A stretch of DNA of 64,000 bases. Source: Octopus vulgaris. Lineage: Eukaryota. How positions within the stretch are numbered: the stretch's first letter is position 1; each line of letters begins with the position of its first letter. The notes under the pieces were generated by a model. It did no database searches. It saw only the letters and a program-made list of their open reading frames with translations, and had not been told where the DNA came from. Shown piece by piece: positions 40,255 through 55,005 of the stretch. The stretch is from NCBI GenBank assembly GCA_951406725.2, contig OX597823.1, positions 22,072,001 through 22,136,000 of the forward strand, in the 5' to 3' direction. Position numbers and translations under genes: made by a program.

Positions 40255-40975
40255 TTTTTTCTCTCCCATTTTATCTTTTGGTTTCCTTTGTCTTGTCTTT
40301 CATTCTTTGCTATATCCAGTATTCGCTCTTTTTATATTAATACGCATGGGATATTAACCCGGCGTGTCTTTGTACCTGTGTGTGTGTGTTCGCGCGCGTG
40401 TGTTGAACATGAGTTAAGTCTATTTACGATAGACACTGACGTGTTTGTTGTAGTATATACATCTTCTCTATCAGCAATCTCTTAACGTTTATTCCTGGTT
40501 TTATATAACGTGATAAACTCTCATGTTCTTACATGTATACGTCTATGTTTGACATTTTAGCTTATTGATGTTATCTTACAAGCGACATCAACGTTGCTTT
40601 CTGCACGTATAATGTTTGCAGTATTTGTTAAACGGTTTACAGTAATAAGTAATCGGTTAGAGTACCAAATTTCACTACTATTAGTCTATAACGAATTCCA
40701 TCAAGAAATCCCCGCAGGGAGTCAATCGATTTTTCGATTTTTCTGTTTTGTTTCAGCCTACTGTATCATGAACTACATTATCGAATGTATTTATGCGTTT
40801 CTAAGACAGTAACATGCGATTCTAAAGGGTACAATGACCACGTTGGGGCTTTATCGTTGGCCTAACATCAACCTTTCAATGTATGTCCCAAAATGAATGC
40901 GTTAACACAGCAATTATTAGCACACCCGGGTAACAATTTCATTCGAGTTTCGTTACACAATTTTGTTATGAACCT

Positions 40976-41355
40976 GGAAGCACTCCGTCGGTTACGACGA
41001 CGAGGGTTCCGGTTGATGCGATCAACGGAACAGCCTGCTCGTGAAATTAACGTGTAAGTGGCTGAGCACTCCAAAGACACGTGTACCCTTAACGTAATTC
41101 TCGGGGATATTCAGCGTGACACAGAGAGTGACAAGGCCGGCCCTTTGAAATACAGGTACAACAGAAACAGGAAGTAAGAGTGAGAGAAAGTTGTGGTGAA
41201 AGAGTACAGCAGGGATCACCACCATCCCTGCCGGAGCCTCGTGGAGCTTTAGGTGTTTTCGCTCAATAAACACTCACAACGCCCGGTCTGGGAATCGAAA
41301 CCGCGATCCCACGACCGCGAGTCCGCTGCCCTATCCACTGGGCCATTGCGCCTCC
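40976..41355 (-). mobile_element. SINE family A (tail 1) with 11-bp TSD
   Basis: Full copy; TGTTATGAACC at 40964-40974 and 41356-41366. Confidence 0.9.
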
Positions 41356-41402
41356 TGTTATGAACCATGTCTACATTTTAACTGACAATCAGACAGGGAT
41401 TT

Positions 41403-41566
41403 ATAGGCGCAGGCATGGTTAGGTTAAAGAAGTTTGCTTTGCAGCCACGGCGTTTCGTGTTCGGTCCCACTACGTGGGACATTAAGCGAGTGTCTTCTAC
41501 TATAATCCAGGGCCGACCAATGCCTGTGGAGTGAATCTGGCAAACAGAAACTGTGATAAATCTGTT

Positions 41567-41630
<64 letters not shown>

Positions 41631-41865
41631 ACACACTCACACACACTCGCACACATTAACATGTGCGTCCGTGTGTGTGCGTGCGTGCAGGCGTGTGTGT
41701 ATTTATACTGGTTTGTTTACATACCTACAACTTAGAGGTTAGGCAAAAGTAATCGATTGAATAAGTGCCGGACTTAAAATAAAACCTTGAGTTCATTTGA
41801 TTAACAAACCGCACAATGCCATGCTCCAGTGTGGCTGCCATTCAATGACTGAAACAAGAAATAGA
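41403..41865 (+). mobile_element. Old SINE family B-related copy
   Basis: Diverged head ATAGGCGCAGGCATGG..., internal (CA)n, tail ...TGCTCCAGTGTGGCTGCC..AATGACTGAAACAAG. Confidence 0.6.
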
Positions 41866-42117
41866 CTAAACATTGTCAGTTTATTGACCCCTTAAAGTTA
41901 AGTAGATGAGAGACTAATCTCTATCCACCCGTCCCTCTGTCCCTCCATCTATCCATCCATCCATCCATCCACTTATCCACCCGTCTATCACTCCCTTCCT
42001 TTCTTCCTTCCTCCCTCCCTCCCTCCCTCCATACATACATACATACATACATACATAGATGAATACATACACATATACATACATACATACATAGACACAC
42101 ACATACATACATACATG

Positions 42118-43420
42118 TCTGAGCTCCCCTCTTGCAACAAAGCAATATCCTGCAATGCATTTGCAGTATTAGTGTTGATCCCAACATTTGGGATACCTGA
42201 TTTGTCTGTAGAGGAAATCCACTCCATAGATATCAAAACCCACAAAATCCTGACAACAACAGAAGCAGTGATGTTCACAGGCTCTCCTTAAGAAGAAACG
42301 AAGGAGGTAGACTCCTGAGATCAGGTCAGACATCCTTCGAATGCTGTATGGTATCACTCAGACAGCACCTGCTGAACCACAGCAGCAAAAATAAATATAT
42401 TAATGCAGTCCTAAAAAGTGAAGTGAGCAACATTGTATGAGTTGGCAGAGAACTCCCCATGAAACATTCTCTTCCTGGGCTTTCTTACCTCAGAGAAGAC
42501 CCTGGTTGGAAAGCACTCAGCATACAAAAAAAAAAAGACCATGCACGGGTATGTTGCCTGGAAGCTTGAAGAAGACAGGAGAATTGATACAAAACACAAC
42601 CTCTCTTGGATACACGACCACTACATCACATCACACTTTAAAGGCTGTGCCTTTGCAATCCAGGAACAGGAGATGGCTCCAAAGTACCTGGTGGACAAGA
42701 GAGACAGTGATGCTCTTGTAATCCCAAGGTCCAACCGCATGTGTAGGCTATGTCATGTTTCTGTGGAAGACATTACGTATGTCATTAGCAGCTGTCCTAA
42801 AATGTCGCCACGGTACTACCTCCCTAGGCGGCACGAAGTTGTTGCTAAAACAAATTACAATGCCATCTGGAAAAAAAAAAAGATTGTCTTGAAATAAACT
42901 TAGAAAATCCCTCTGTTATGGAATATATTCATAAACATCAACTCAAGGAATACTGGTGGAATATTCCCATCAAAACGTCTGTCAAATGCAAACATAACAG
43001 GCTGGATATTGTTATTTTGGGCAGAGGAGCAAAGGTATGCACCATCATAGAGGTCAGTTGCCCTACAGATATAAATATCTCTTTGAAAATTAAAGGAAAA
43101 GAGGATATCTATGGGCAACTGCTTCGAAACCTCCAACTTTTATATCCAGGCTATGAATTCATATTCATACCAATAATATTTAGAGCACCAGGTTTTGTTA
43201 GTAAATGCTTAAAGGAGAATCAGGATAAACTGGGATTTTCGAAAGAGAAATTGACCGGTTGATTCGTACATTACAAGTCCAACCAATGAGTGGAACAGTA
43301 GAAATATGTAAGACTTTTCCCAAGTTCCACACGTGAATTTGTCAAGATGGGGCCTTGTATTTTTGATGGATATCGGCTTTCTCTTCAGTGGAAGATTTAT
43401 AATAATTAAAAAATAGAAGA
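42118..43420 (+). mobile_element. 5'-truncated R4/Dong-like RLE non-LTR retrotransposon inserted in (ACAT)n
   Basis: ELPSCNKAISCNAFAVLVLIPTFG...IDIKTHKILT...RLSLRRNEGGR; zinc knuckle region AIQEQE...CRLCHVSVEDITYVISSC...RRHEVVAK; RLE YWWNIPIKT...HNRLDIVI...IIEVSCP...KEDIY. Frameshifted. (ACAT)n on both flanks. Confidence 0.85.
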
Positions 43421-43436
43421 GACATACATACATGCA

Positions 43437-43526
<90 letters not shown>

Positions 43527-44212
43527 TATATAAGAATTCAGTAATAATTTTTGCTTTGTATTTATTATATCTTACTGTGTATTACCATTTGCACAGGTTT
43601 TGATTTGTTTGTAACTGTAGCTGCGGCGATATAGTTTTCTTTAATTTAGTGATGTTTGTGTTTGTGTCTGTGTTCATTTCACCTGTAACGACCAGGTTTG
43701 CGTTTTATATTGTTTTATGGTTGATTATTCGTTGATATAACTTTGGGAGATACTTTCTGGGGTCCATAAGACGATTTTCTATCTTCGTGTTATTTCCACC
43801 TTTAGATTATCCTTATTTATAGTTTCTATCACTACCATTTCTTTTTCTTAAATCTTACCCATATTTCTTATTTGCATATTTGTTGGTCAGTAATCAGAAA
43901 GCACTCTAGATTTTGATTTTGTAATGTACTGTTTTTCAACTTGTGCTTTTTTGCACGTTAAATCTATATTCTTGTTTAAATTTATAAACAAACTCGAGTC
44001 GTTTGTTTATTCATCTGTTCGCCATTTGTTTTTGCATTAAATATCTTTTATTATTAGAATTCTTTTTAAAATTTGATATTGTTTGGGATTTCAGAAGACA
44101 TTTTAAATTAGCTTCGCTCTTCTTTAGCTCAAGGATACTTGAAATTTTAAATTATTATAGTTATTGCTTGTTCCTAATTATTTTATCTTAAATTTGCCTT
44201 TCAGAAAGCGTG

Positions 44213-44496
44213 ATGGCTGACATATTCAGAGGACATTCAGTTTTCCGAGGTGAATCAAAGGTTGACGTAGATTCCGCTTTGAAAAACAAGATTGTTGGCA
44301 TATATTTCAGCGCCAGCTGGTGTCCTCCTTGTCGTCAGTTTACGTTAAGACTTAAGGAAATCTATGAAGAACTTGAAGGAGATGAATTTGAAGTGGTTTT
44401 TCTACCGTTTGACCATAGCAAAGAAGATGCAATGACATATTATAAATGTAATCAGGGAAACTGGTTATATATGGAATACGGCGAATCTTTAATTGA
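44213..44496 (+). CDS. Nucleoredoxin-like / tryparedoxin-type thioredoxin, coding exon 1
   Basis: MADIFRG...ALKNKIVGIYFSASWCPPCRQFTLRLKEIYEEL...FEVVF...W. Acceptor TTTCAG ends at 44204, implying an upstream UTR exon. Donor GA|GTAAGT at 44496/44497 (phase 2). Confidence 0.9.
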
Positions 44497-44820
44497 GTAA
44501 GTATGTTTTGTTGGAAACAAGGTAGTTCAACTACTGCGCTTGTGACACCTATTGAATCAGAAATACGTAATGCAGCTCTTTGCTTGTCACCAGACAATCA
44601 CATCGTCTGTTTAGTAATGGCGTGCTAGTTCTGTGAAGTCCTTAATTATTATGTCACGTTTTCAAGCGTGCATAGCTACAATTACAACTAAGCATTTACT
44701 TTATATGCTACTGTTTTGGAGAGATAATTTCAACATATCAAGAATTTAACAGGTATATTATTTAATATAGCCTCGTTAGATTTTGTTATTTATAAATACA
44801 TCTATAGATATTACTGAATA

Positions 44821-44949
<129 letters not shown>

Positions 44950-44952
44950 CGT

Positions 44953-45262
44953 GGAGGCGCAATGGCCCAGTGGTTAGGGCAGCGGACTTGCGGTTGTAGG
45001 ATCGCGGTTTCGATTCCCAGACTGGGCGTTGTGAATGTTTATTGAGCGAAAACACCTATAGCTCCATGAGGCTCCGGCAGGGGGTGGTGGCGATCCCTGC
45101 TGTACTCTTTCGCCGCAACTTTCTCTCACTCTTTCTTCTGTTAGCTTTCTCGCTTAGCCAGCGGGGTGGCATCATTTGAAGGCTAAAACAATGCAAAGCG
45201 CATTGTGACCAGCGATGTGTAGCAACATCTGATAGCCTGGTCGGTCACGGTAATCACGGTGA
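44953..45262 (+). mobile_element. SINE family A head with tail type 2 (intronic)
   Basis: GGAGGCGCAATGGCCCAGTGG... core, then GCTTAGCCAGCGGGGTGGC...GGTCACGGT(G/A)AT. The tail recurs alone at 63865-63987. Confidence 0.82.
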
Positions 45263-45377
45263 TATATATACACACACACATACGTACATACACATATACA
45301 TATATACATTTATATGTAAATATATATCTTTACAATATAAATATGCACACATACACACTAACACACACACATATGTT

Positions 45378-45757
45378 CCTTTATTCTTTTACACGTTTCA
45401 GTCATTTGACTACGGCATTGCTGGAGTACCGCAATGAAGGGTTGTAGTCGAAGAAATCAACCCCAGGACATTCATTGTAGGTCTGGTACTTATTCTGTCG
45501 GTCTCCTTTGCCGAACCGCTAAGGTATGGGGGACGTCAACACACCAACATCGATTGTCAAGCGAGGGTGGTGGTGGGGGACAAACAAAGGCACACACATG
45601 AATATACATATATATATATACAACGGACTTCTTTCAGTTTCTGTCTACCGAATCCACTCACAAAACTATAGTAGAAGATACTTGCCCAAGATGTCACATA
45701 GACTAAACTCGGGATCATGTGATTGGGAAGCAAGCTTCTGACCAGTCACGATTGCGC
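45378..45757 (-). mobile_element. SINE family B, diverged (intronic)
   Basis: Reverse complement of family B with small deletions. Confidence 0.7.
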
Positions 45758-45821
<64 letters not shown>

Positions 45822-45916
45822 GTATACATACATACGTATATATGTCCATATACATTTTTATGCATAGTTAATGTATGTACATGTAATATATATATTATGC
45901 AGAATAAAAATATAAA

Positions 45917-45970
<54 letters not shown>

Positions 45971-46464
45971 TTATTTATCCATCCATCTATCTTTCTGTCT
46001 TTCTGTCTGTCTATCAATCAATCAATCAATCAGTCAGTCAATCAATCTGTCTATCTATCTACTTTACCTTACTCATTCATTAGACATTAGGCATGCCCCC
46101 ACACCACTCCCAGGTCATTTAATCGATTACTTTGACAGAGTTACTTATTCTAATATATTTTTGACCTCATAGAGTGCAATGGTAAGTATATCTGTAAATC
46201 ATGGGACATAACTAAAGATAGTAATCAAATACCCCAAAATACAGTTGTTAGACTCAACACTTAAGATTTCCTTGTGCTGGTTGTCTTGTACTCTGTTTTT
46301 TCGTTGTTAAAAAAAGTCCGTTTCCTTGTTTGGTTTTATGTTTTCGTTTCTCGTTGTGTTCTACGATTATTTGTGGTGTCCTGTACCCATATATGCATGT
46401 ATATATATATAGATGTAGGTATGTACATATATGTATGTATGCATATGTTTTATTTATTATATTG

Positions 46465-46516
<52 letters not shown>

Positions 46517-47152
46517 ACATACATTTGGACACTGGCACATATACACATATATATTCAGCATATATGCAGAGAACGAGAGAGAGAGAGAGAGAGAGAGAGG
46601 GGTGGGGAAAGAGAGGGAGAGAGATTGGGAAAGAAAGAGAAAGGGTCAGAGAAATACAAACAGACAGAGACAGAGAGTGTGTGGATGATATAAGCACTAA
46701 CCAATAAAGATTTTGTACGCTGAAAGTATAAATAAAAGCCAGCTGCTTGGCGAGACTCAAAGGTCCGGGGTACCTCTGATATATAAGACAACATGTCGAA
46801 ATATCAGTGTCCCAGAATCCTTTGTGTCAATGAGACAAGGTGCTGAATACACTATCGTCATGATGGAGAGGAATTTTTCTGTTTTGGTGTACATTACAGC
46901 AACTGGTATGTGTTACGTCTGAACTTGCCGAGATGTATTTAGAATGAATAATCAAATATTTGTTCATATGAAAAAAGACTTAACGTGCTAATTCACAATT
47001 TAGGTCTTCAAAATTTAATTCAAAACTACTCCAGGCTATAATAAAATAACATTTGATCAATGTACCATTCAGCGATCCAGTTGAACCAGGAATAACATGA
47101 TTGCAAAACGAACCTCTTAGTAAACCTCTATGTCCAAGTACACCTCTCTCTC

Positions 47153-47205
<53 letters not shown>

Positions 47206-47460
47206 AGAGAGAGAGAGAGCAACCCAGCGTTTCCTGATCCAAACAATAATATATTCCGCTATTTATCAAGCTGAAAATAAGAGCGTTTGTCAGTTGTCAT
47301 TTGAGCAGATAACGTTTGAACAAGAGACGCTTGCAATATATATCGGGTGCAGATTGCATAGAATAACCAGCTGAAGGAGGCGTCATCCTGGGGCTAAAAT
47401 GGTAGTCACGTCGGTTCTTACGGGACAGCCATGTTGAAGTGGCGATAAATATTATTTCTG

Positions 47461-47602
<142 letters not shown>

Positions 47603-47850
47603 GCCACACGCGCGTGCACACGCAGATATATATGATGGCCTCTTCCGTCGAAGATGATGTATGAGTGTTTTATATATGTATTTATGTATGAAATAGTATG
47701 AGATAGAATCACAGATGTACATATATCTCGAATCAATAAGCAAATCTCAGTCACAATCTTAAACTATCGATTACAAATTCAGCAGGACATGTTCTTATAT
47801 CTTTTACTTTCCTTTCATTTATTCTGCCTTTTACCTTTTCCCTTCAATAG

Positions 47851-48019
47851 CGATCTGCGAAAGAAATTCGATGTAGCTGGAATTCCTAAATTAATTATAC
47901 TAAACAAGAAAAGTGAAGTGATTACAAAAAACGGGCGAGAAGACCTCCAGGAACACGAAGCAGCTGTTCTTAAGAAGTGGAAAGAAAACAAGGAAATGAA
48001 ACAAATCAAAGGAAAATAA
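47851..48019 (+). CDS. Nucleoredoxin-like thioredoxin, coding exon 2
   Basis: Polypyrimidine tract + AATAG| acceptor at 47850. Phase matches exon 1 (GA+C = Asp). Encodes DLRKKFDVAGIPKLIILNKKSEVITKNGREDLQEHEAAVLKKW...K*, with the thioredoxin cis-Pro motif GIP. Spliced CDS 453 nt = 150 aa. Confidence 0.88.
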
Positions 48020-48108
48020 ATTCACAGATATGATTCTTGTTTACTGAAAAACAGACGAACTTTCATATAGAATGTACTATATTACAATTTTATCTTTTTT
48101 TTATGTGG

Positions 48109-48114
48109 AATAAA
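48109..48114 (+). promoter_or_regulatory. Candidate polyadenylation signal of the thioredoxin gene
   Basis: AATAAA 90 nt after the stop, followed by a GT/T-rich element at ~48158-48210. Confidence 0.5.
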
Positions 48115-48343
48115 AACAAAAGACAGAAAAATTCACAAAAACTAGGAGACTGTAAGCGTTGTTTCATTTTGTTTTGGTTGCTGTTTGTGTTTTGCTTTTT
48201 GACGTTTGTGTTAGGGACTTTTTCTTCGTTATCTTAATAAGTTTTTGAAAATTTGTTTATCCTAATGAATGATGTGTGATAAAAGATTTGATAAATGCTT
48301 CATTGCATTGTACTTCGATTGGCTATCAGTTTGCCTTTAAGTG

Positions 48344-48425
<82 letters not shown>

Positions 48426-48458
48426 GTATGTATGTATGCATGTATGCATATATATATG

Positions 48459-48517
<59 letters not shown>

Positions 48518-49229
48518 GTACATACATACATATATGCACAGATATACACATATAGTTAGATAAATATAGGTAGACGTGTCCAGTCTTGAACGGCTGCGTC
48601 AATACCTAGAATAAATTATAGCCACATGGATCCGCTATATTTGGAACATTTTGCTTTATAATTGCGCACAGTCATCAGTTGGTCCAGGAATATCGATTCA
48701 CTCAGAATTGTTGCATGCAAGCATTATGAAACGGTTCAAGCTGAGAAGTAATCGACGTTTTACGAAGTGGCTAGCGTGGTGACTCGCCGACATAAAGCCG
48801 TTGGTTCGATTCCAGGACGGAACAGCACGTTGTGTCCTTGAAGAAAATAGGACATTTCACTTTGTTCCAGTCTATCAGTTGTGAAAGAACCGAACGGCTA
48901 GAGATGCAGCATCTCTCCTATCACATCCTTAAAACTGTGCTGAGTTGAGTGCAGGAGGATCAAGAAGGCGTCTATATCTGCTTGCAACTACATAGGCACC
49001 TAAAGTAATTAGTGAAAACTTAGTACACGATACTATATAAAAACCATTTACGAGGGTCACTTGAGGATTTTTTTTCCCAATATGCAATTAGCATCACGAA
49101 ATTCCTTGACCAGAAACCACGATGATGAGAATTTATTTATTAAAGGTAACCTCCCTAATATTTAAATTTACAATATTCTGTTTTGCGAATAATATAGTAA
49201 TTATGTCGTCTTTTCATCTACCTAAATCA

Positions 49230-49720
49230 CGAATTGGATACTGCATGATGTCGGTTAGAGTGATAACGTTGAAACTACGAAGAAAACATTTCACTATGAT
49301 CATACAACTAAATTCCCGTATACAAGAACACAGTGAAGAAGAGATATAACTATGAACAAATACACACTTATCAACAAATTTCACCATTTAATTCCAAATG
49401 TAATAAAATGCACCAGAACCGAAGAAAACAAAATTAGAATGGGAGATTTTAATGCAAAAGTTGGCTGGGAAATACCGATAATAGATCAATATAAATGGAG
49501 TAAAGGAAATAAAAAAAGAATTAATCGATCCGTTTTTATGAAAGAAACAATTCAGTAGCAACAACGAAGAGCAATTTTACATGTGGAAGAGTCCAGATGA
49601 CAACAATATAGTCAATAGACTGTATTGCTAGTCTAACAGTTTAGAAACCGTATGAAACTTGTAAAACCATATCCTGGAGCATATATGTTTTTCAGATCAG
49701 AATGAAGTTGTAAAGCTATA
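49230..49720 (+). mobile_element. Decayed RTE-type APE endonuclease remnant
   Basis: SVRVITLKL...IIQ...HSEEEI, IRMGDFNAKVG, WKSPD and YPGA motifs with frameshifts. Confidence 0.65.
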
Positions 49721-50566
49721 AAATGAGAACAAATTATAACCTAATGCAAACAAATATAATTTGAAAATAAAAGTATAAATAGAAATTAAGGAACCATAAA
49801 ACAACGAACAAGTTAGAATAAAGGGAACACAAAACTTGCATGCGAACATCAGTAAGGAAATCACTTCCGGAAAAGCAGAAGAAAAGGACAACTGTGAATT
49901 TAATCGATCGAGTATCCCGTCATGCGTTGTATGTGAATATGTCTCTAATCTATTTTCCTTTTTATTGCCTGTGACAGCTGATGATATAAGTACTAAAGCT
50001 GAATCCGAAGTTGAATGAGAAATTTTTATGGATTTTATTGAAAAATAACAGTTCAGGAAGTGAATCTAGAATGGGTATTAGTGACAAATGGCCAAGTGGA
50101 ACTGAGTATTTATGCGGATCTCTTAAATCCCTTCTTTTAGCCATATAAATACTCCATATTTGGACGAGTTTTCTTCCTTTCCCATTGAGTTAATTGAAGT
50201 CCCATCATCTTTCAAATTGTTCATTGTCTGTTTTGAAAGAGTGCAAAACGCTTTCATGTTTTCTCTTTGAAGTAGCCCTTATTATTTTCATTATAAAAGT
50301 TTTGCTTTTAGTGCCTGCCTTTTAATAAGCTTTGGTGTTTTTCTTTTTAGCTGTATACTCGAATTCGCCTGCTCAGCCCGTCTTGTTCTCTCATTGAACT
50401 ATACGAATAGCTTTTGTTCTGTACGTTGAGTAAATTTTATAGTCCTTATCAAATGAAATGGAAGTATTTTACTCTAAACTGAGACGGAAATATATAATAA
50501 ATTTTGATAAGGAGTGTTGAATAAGTGTTGGGATTGTTAAAAATATTCCGATGAAATGTAAAGAGA

Positions 50567-50906
50567 GAAGCACTCCGTCGGTTACGACGACGAGGGTTCC
50601 GGTTGATTCGAATCAACGGAACAGCCTGCTCGTGAAATTAACGTGTAGTTCTCGGGGATATTCAGCGTGACACAGAAAGTGACAAGGCCGGCCCTTTGAA
50701 ATACAGGTACAACAGAAACAGGAAGTAAGAGTGAAAGAAAGTTGTGGTAAAAGAGTACAGCAGGGATCACCACCATCCCTGCCGGAGCCTCGTGGAGCTT
50801 TAGGTGTTTTCGTTCAATAAACACTCACAACGCCCGGTCTGGGAATCGAAACCACGATCCTATGACCGCGAGTTCGCTGCCCTAACTACTGGGCCATTGC
50901 GCCTCC
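50567..50906 (-). mobile_element. SINE family A (tail 1) with 15-bp TSD and ~40-bp internal deletion
   Basis: TCCGATGAAATGTAA at 50547-50561 and 50909-50923. The deletion falls between two TTAACGT repeats. Confidence 0.88.
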
Positions 50907-52469
50907 AATCCGATGAAATGTAAGCAGCTAAGGAAGATGTGTTGTCTGTATATGCGGAAGCTGAACGTCAGAAGGAGTGACGTTATATTCTGAGAGGACG
51001 CGTACGCTTCATATTGATTATGTTGGTATAATTAGAAGACTGTTTGGGAAGCGAGCTGGCAGAATCGTCAGAGTGTTGGAAAAAATGCTATGCTACACTG
51101 GTTTTGAACTCTGTACGCTCCAAGGTCAAATCTCGCCGAGGTTAATTTTGCTTTTCATCTTTTCGGGGCCGATAAAACAAAGTACCAGTCACCTACTTGG
51201 GACGGCTAACTGCTTCTGCTCCAGATTGATGGTCTTGTGCCTTGACCAGAAACCATAATTAATAGAATGTCGTATCACTATAGACAGGGCTTTTGGTGGA
51301 TATTCAATTCACGAAGGGTTACAAATTAGGGGGAAATACGATGATATTTTGAAGACAATATCATTCCAAAAGAAATTAAATGCAGTCAGTTACTATCGTA
51401 TACAGGTAAGTCATATATAATCGGAAATGTTGAATCCATAGATTAAGGTATATTGCTTATGACGTACTGAAAGATGGTTAATTCTAAACAAAAACTTGGC
51501 GATCCGATTCAGGATTGATGTTGCACTTACACAAAAATTATGTGTTGAAATACAACCAAAATATAATAGGTGTAACTGCATGTAAGGTCTGACTAAGAAA
51601 CATATCTGGTATCATGTTAACCGTTCTTAACAGTTCTGTTGTAATGAATAAGAATGGAACGAGCTCGTTGCAACAGTGAGAGAATTGAAACAAAGCTGTG
51701 GTTTTGACGGTTTAAACGTTGTTAAAGAATCTGTTTTCTCCATCCATTGTGAGGGGAAATATATATATGTGCTTAACGCATGTGCAAGAATAGTAATGAA
51801 TTGGCCTGCTGACATTTTGAAGATATGTGCAGGGCTTTTAATCCTTACATGTTCATGTAATGACGTATTGCACGCCAGTAGAAATTATTTATTGTCTTGT
51901 ACGTAGGATCGTATTATCTGGGCAATATCTTATTATTGGGGACACCTTACAAAACCTAAGGGAGATAATGAAAACAATTGCTAAATGAACAGAGAAAAAT
52001 TAAACTACTGCCGAAATGCGTAAGTTTGACACCCTCCTGATGTTTAAAATGGAAATCTTGAATGTGCATTCAGCCATTCAGTTGATAGTGTTATGCATAT
52101 TGTGCAACTGGCCCAAATTAAACATATGATTACATTAATCAAAGCTAATTAACGGTGTGCAAATAGAAGCAAGTGATTCGGTAAAGTTTGGGTAGAGCTA
52201 CAGTTTTGTATCACCACTCCAAGCTTGTTTCTTCGTAACATAATACTTTAAAATTTTGGCACAAGGCCAGCAATTTCAGGGAGGAGATACGTCGATTACA
52301 TCGACCTCAGTGCATAACTAGCACTTAATTTACCGACCCCAAGAGGATAAAAGGCAAAGTGGACCTGCGTGGAATTTGAAAGCAGAATATTAAGACCGAC
52401 GAAATGCTGCTACGCATTTTGCTCAACATAATGCAAAGTTTTAAAGAAATTTTGCAAAGATACGCTATC

Positions 52470-52890
52470 TAGGCGTAGGAGTGGGTGTGTGGTAAGTGGC
52501 TTGCTTACGAACCACATGGTTCTGAGTTCAGTCCCACTGCGTGGCAGCTTGGGCAGGTGTCTTCTACTATAGCCTCGGGTTGACCAAAGCCTTGTAAGTG
52601 GATTTGGTAGACGGAAACTGAAAGAAGCCCGTCGTATATATGTAAATATATATATATATATGTATGTGTGTATATGTTTGTGTGTTTGTGTTTGTCCCCC
52701 CCAATATCGCTTGACAACCGATGCTGGTGTTTTTATGTCTCCGTAATTTAGCAGTTCGGCAAAAGAGACCGATAGAATAAGTACTAGGCTTCCAAAGAAT
52801 AAGTCCTGGGGTCGATTTGCTCGAGTAAAGGCGGTGCTCCAGCATGACCACAGTCACATTACTGAAACAAGTAAAAGAGTAAAAGAGTAT
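52470..52890 (+). mobile_element. SINE family B
   Basis: Full copy ending AAGTAAAAGAGTAAAAGAGT. A decayed minus-strand family C copy lies at ~52245-52425. Confidence 0.85.
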
Positions 52891-54816
52891 CGAAAGTTTC
52901 GATGACGGTTACATTGCTGATATATTTTTAAAATTAAAAGCTTTTCTTTATTCAAACATAAAGAGGTTCTTTCCCTTTTAACCGATTCATAAATGTACTC
53001 ATGATCATTAACATCAATAAAAACGATTGATATCCTGGCAACCAATCTAAAATTGAAGGCACACTAAAGAATTTCCAGCTTACGTTTCGCCTATTATAGC
53101 ACAAATCAAAAATATTCAGTAATACTACTTTCGATTTGTATTGTAGTAGGCTGAGAATATTTGTTATAGTGCCTTTCAGCTAGATGTTGATAAAGAAGAC
53201 TATCGATCAGGATGAAAATTATAAATTTTTTTTTATATTGTGCAATGATTATGAGAAAGTTATTCAATGATTAAAAATGGTCTGAACTACTTTCTTTGTG
53301 AGTAAAAAAATATTGAAGCGCTTAAGAAAATTGTAGATGATGATTATCATAATCTACATTTGTCTATATTTACATTAAAGATATGCATTATCAAGAAAGT
53401 TATGAGGAAACAAAGCCGGGGTGGGGGCTATAGTTATGCCAATGTTTGTATACCACCCAAGATGAAAAAAAAAATTATTTACAGTTTCTCTGCTCAGTAG
53501 AATTTTTGGATTTGCAATCCATGGAGATAGACCAAGAAGCGTAAGTTGGAGAAATGACGACGAAAAGTCGAGATTATAAAGGGCGATCTTTTATTAACAA
53601 ACGAATCATTGTTGTTATAATAACAACTAAAGAAAACGAAATGCTTTACGATAAATCTATTTTGGAAAAAGAAATAATTTTTCAACAAAAGGTTTTTCTT
53701 TTACAAAAGATTGAAAGCAACAAAATCGTTTTAGTCGTTTGAAGGTTAAAATCACAGACATAGATTTTTTTTGATTACATAACTGCTATTTTTAACTATG
53801 AGAGAAATCAATGCTAGCAAAGTGGAAATGAGTGAGCATACAGAAAGAAAAGCAATTTAAAAATGGAGAATTAAATGAAAGCCTGAAAATATTTACTGTA
53901 CTTGAGCAGTGTGATGGTAAGGACCAGACACGTATGTAGTATCGGGTGGTGATGCAGCTATTATTTTGATGGTCGATTGTGAATGTAGAATGATGTAGCT
54001 AGTATTACTAGCATGCTGGTTGACATTTGTGAGGGCGAAGTGGCAGAGTTGCCTTAGAGTATGCTGACGATGCCCATTATACATTACAAATTTTATACAC
54101 ACATCAGTATTTTAATCTAAGGCTGTTACAAATGCATTTATTTATTGGTTAACTTTTGCATAAATCAATGAATATTTTGTCTATCGATTTCCATATCGGA
54201 ACAAGTATTTTTCTACATAGCTCAGAACATCAAGGGTGTTAGTCATTGAGGACACCAAGTTAAGTAGAAACACCGTCTCAGGCGTTCACCCGCTTTCTGA
54301 ACAAAGATCTGTATTTTTGATATAATAGTCTTTTTCAGACATATTGCATCTAACTCCATCACACAGTTTTACATGCATTATGTGTTTACACACCGGCATT
54401 TTAGGGAAATTGTAATTTCAAAAAGCAGCATATAACAAATCTTAAATATAAGTTTAAAGTAGAGATGGAAAACGAAATAAAATGTTAATGATAAATATGA
54501 CATAATAGCTTAGTTTCATCATTTCTAGAGATTTAAAACGGTAATGACTAAAAAGGAGGAAAAAATAATGAATGTCACCGAAAAAAAAAAAAAAGAAACC
54601 AGAAAAGAATGAAGCAATGGAATATTGATACGAAAAAGAAATGCAATTAAAATTTACTAATATTTAAAGGAAGAAATGAATTTGTCATTACATAACAGAT
54701 GCGTGCTTCGAAATAGGTGGAAGTAAGTGTCAAGTTTGCACATGCGCTGTAAAAATGCCCAGCAGATGAACCGCAGCAAAATTATTTTTAAATCTCCTCT
54801 TTTTCTTTATATATGT

Positions 54817-54947
54817 ATGGAGTGGCTGTGTGGTAAGTAGCTTGCTAACCAACCACATGGTTCCGGGTTCAGTCCCACTGCGTGGCATTTTGGGCAAGTG
54901 TCTTGTGAGTGGATTTGGTAGACGGAAACTGAAAGAAGCTGGTCGTA

Positions 54948-55005
<58 letters not shown>

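Noticed and set aside
43520-44050. Minus-strand LINE endonuclease relic (NLVVTGEMN-like motif)
   Set aside because: Single weak motif; not enough to call without a search.
44953-45026. tRNA-Arg gene (also 2547-2620, 41282-41355, 32044-32115)
   Set aside because: tRNA-like heads lack a proper acceptor stem and continue into repeated SINE bodies, some with TSDs.
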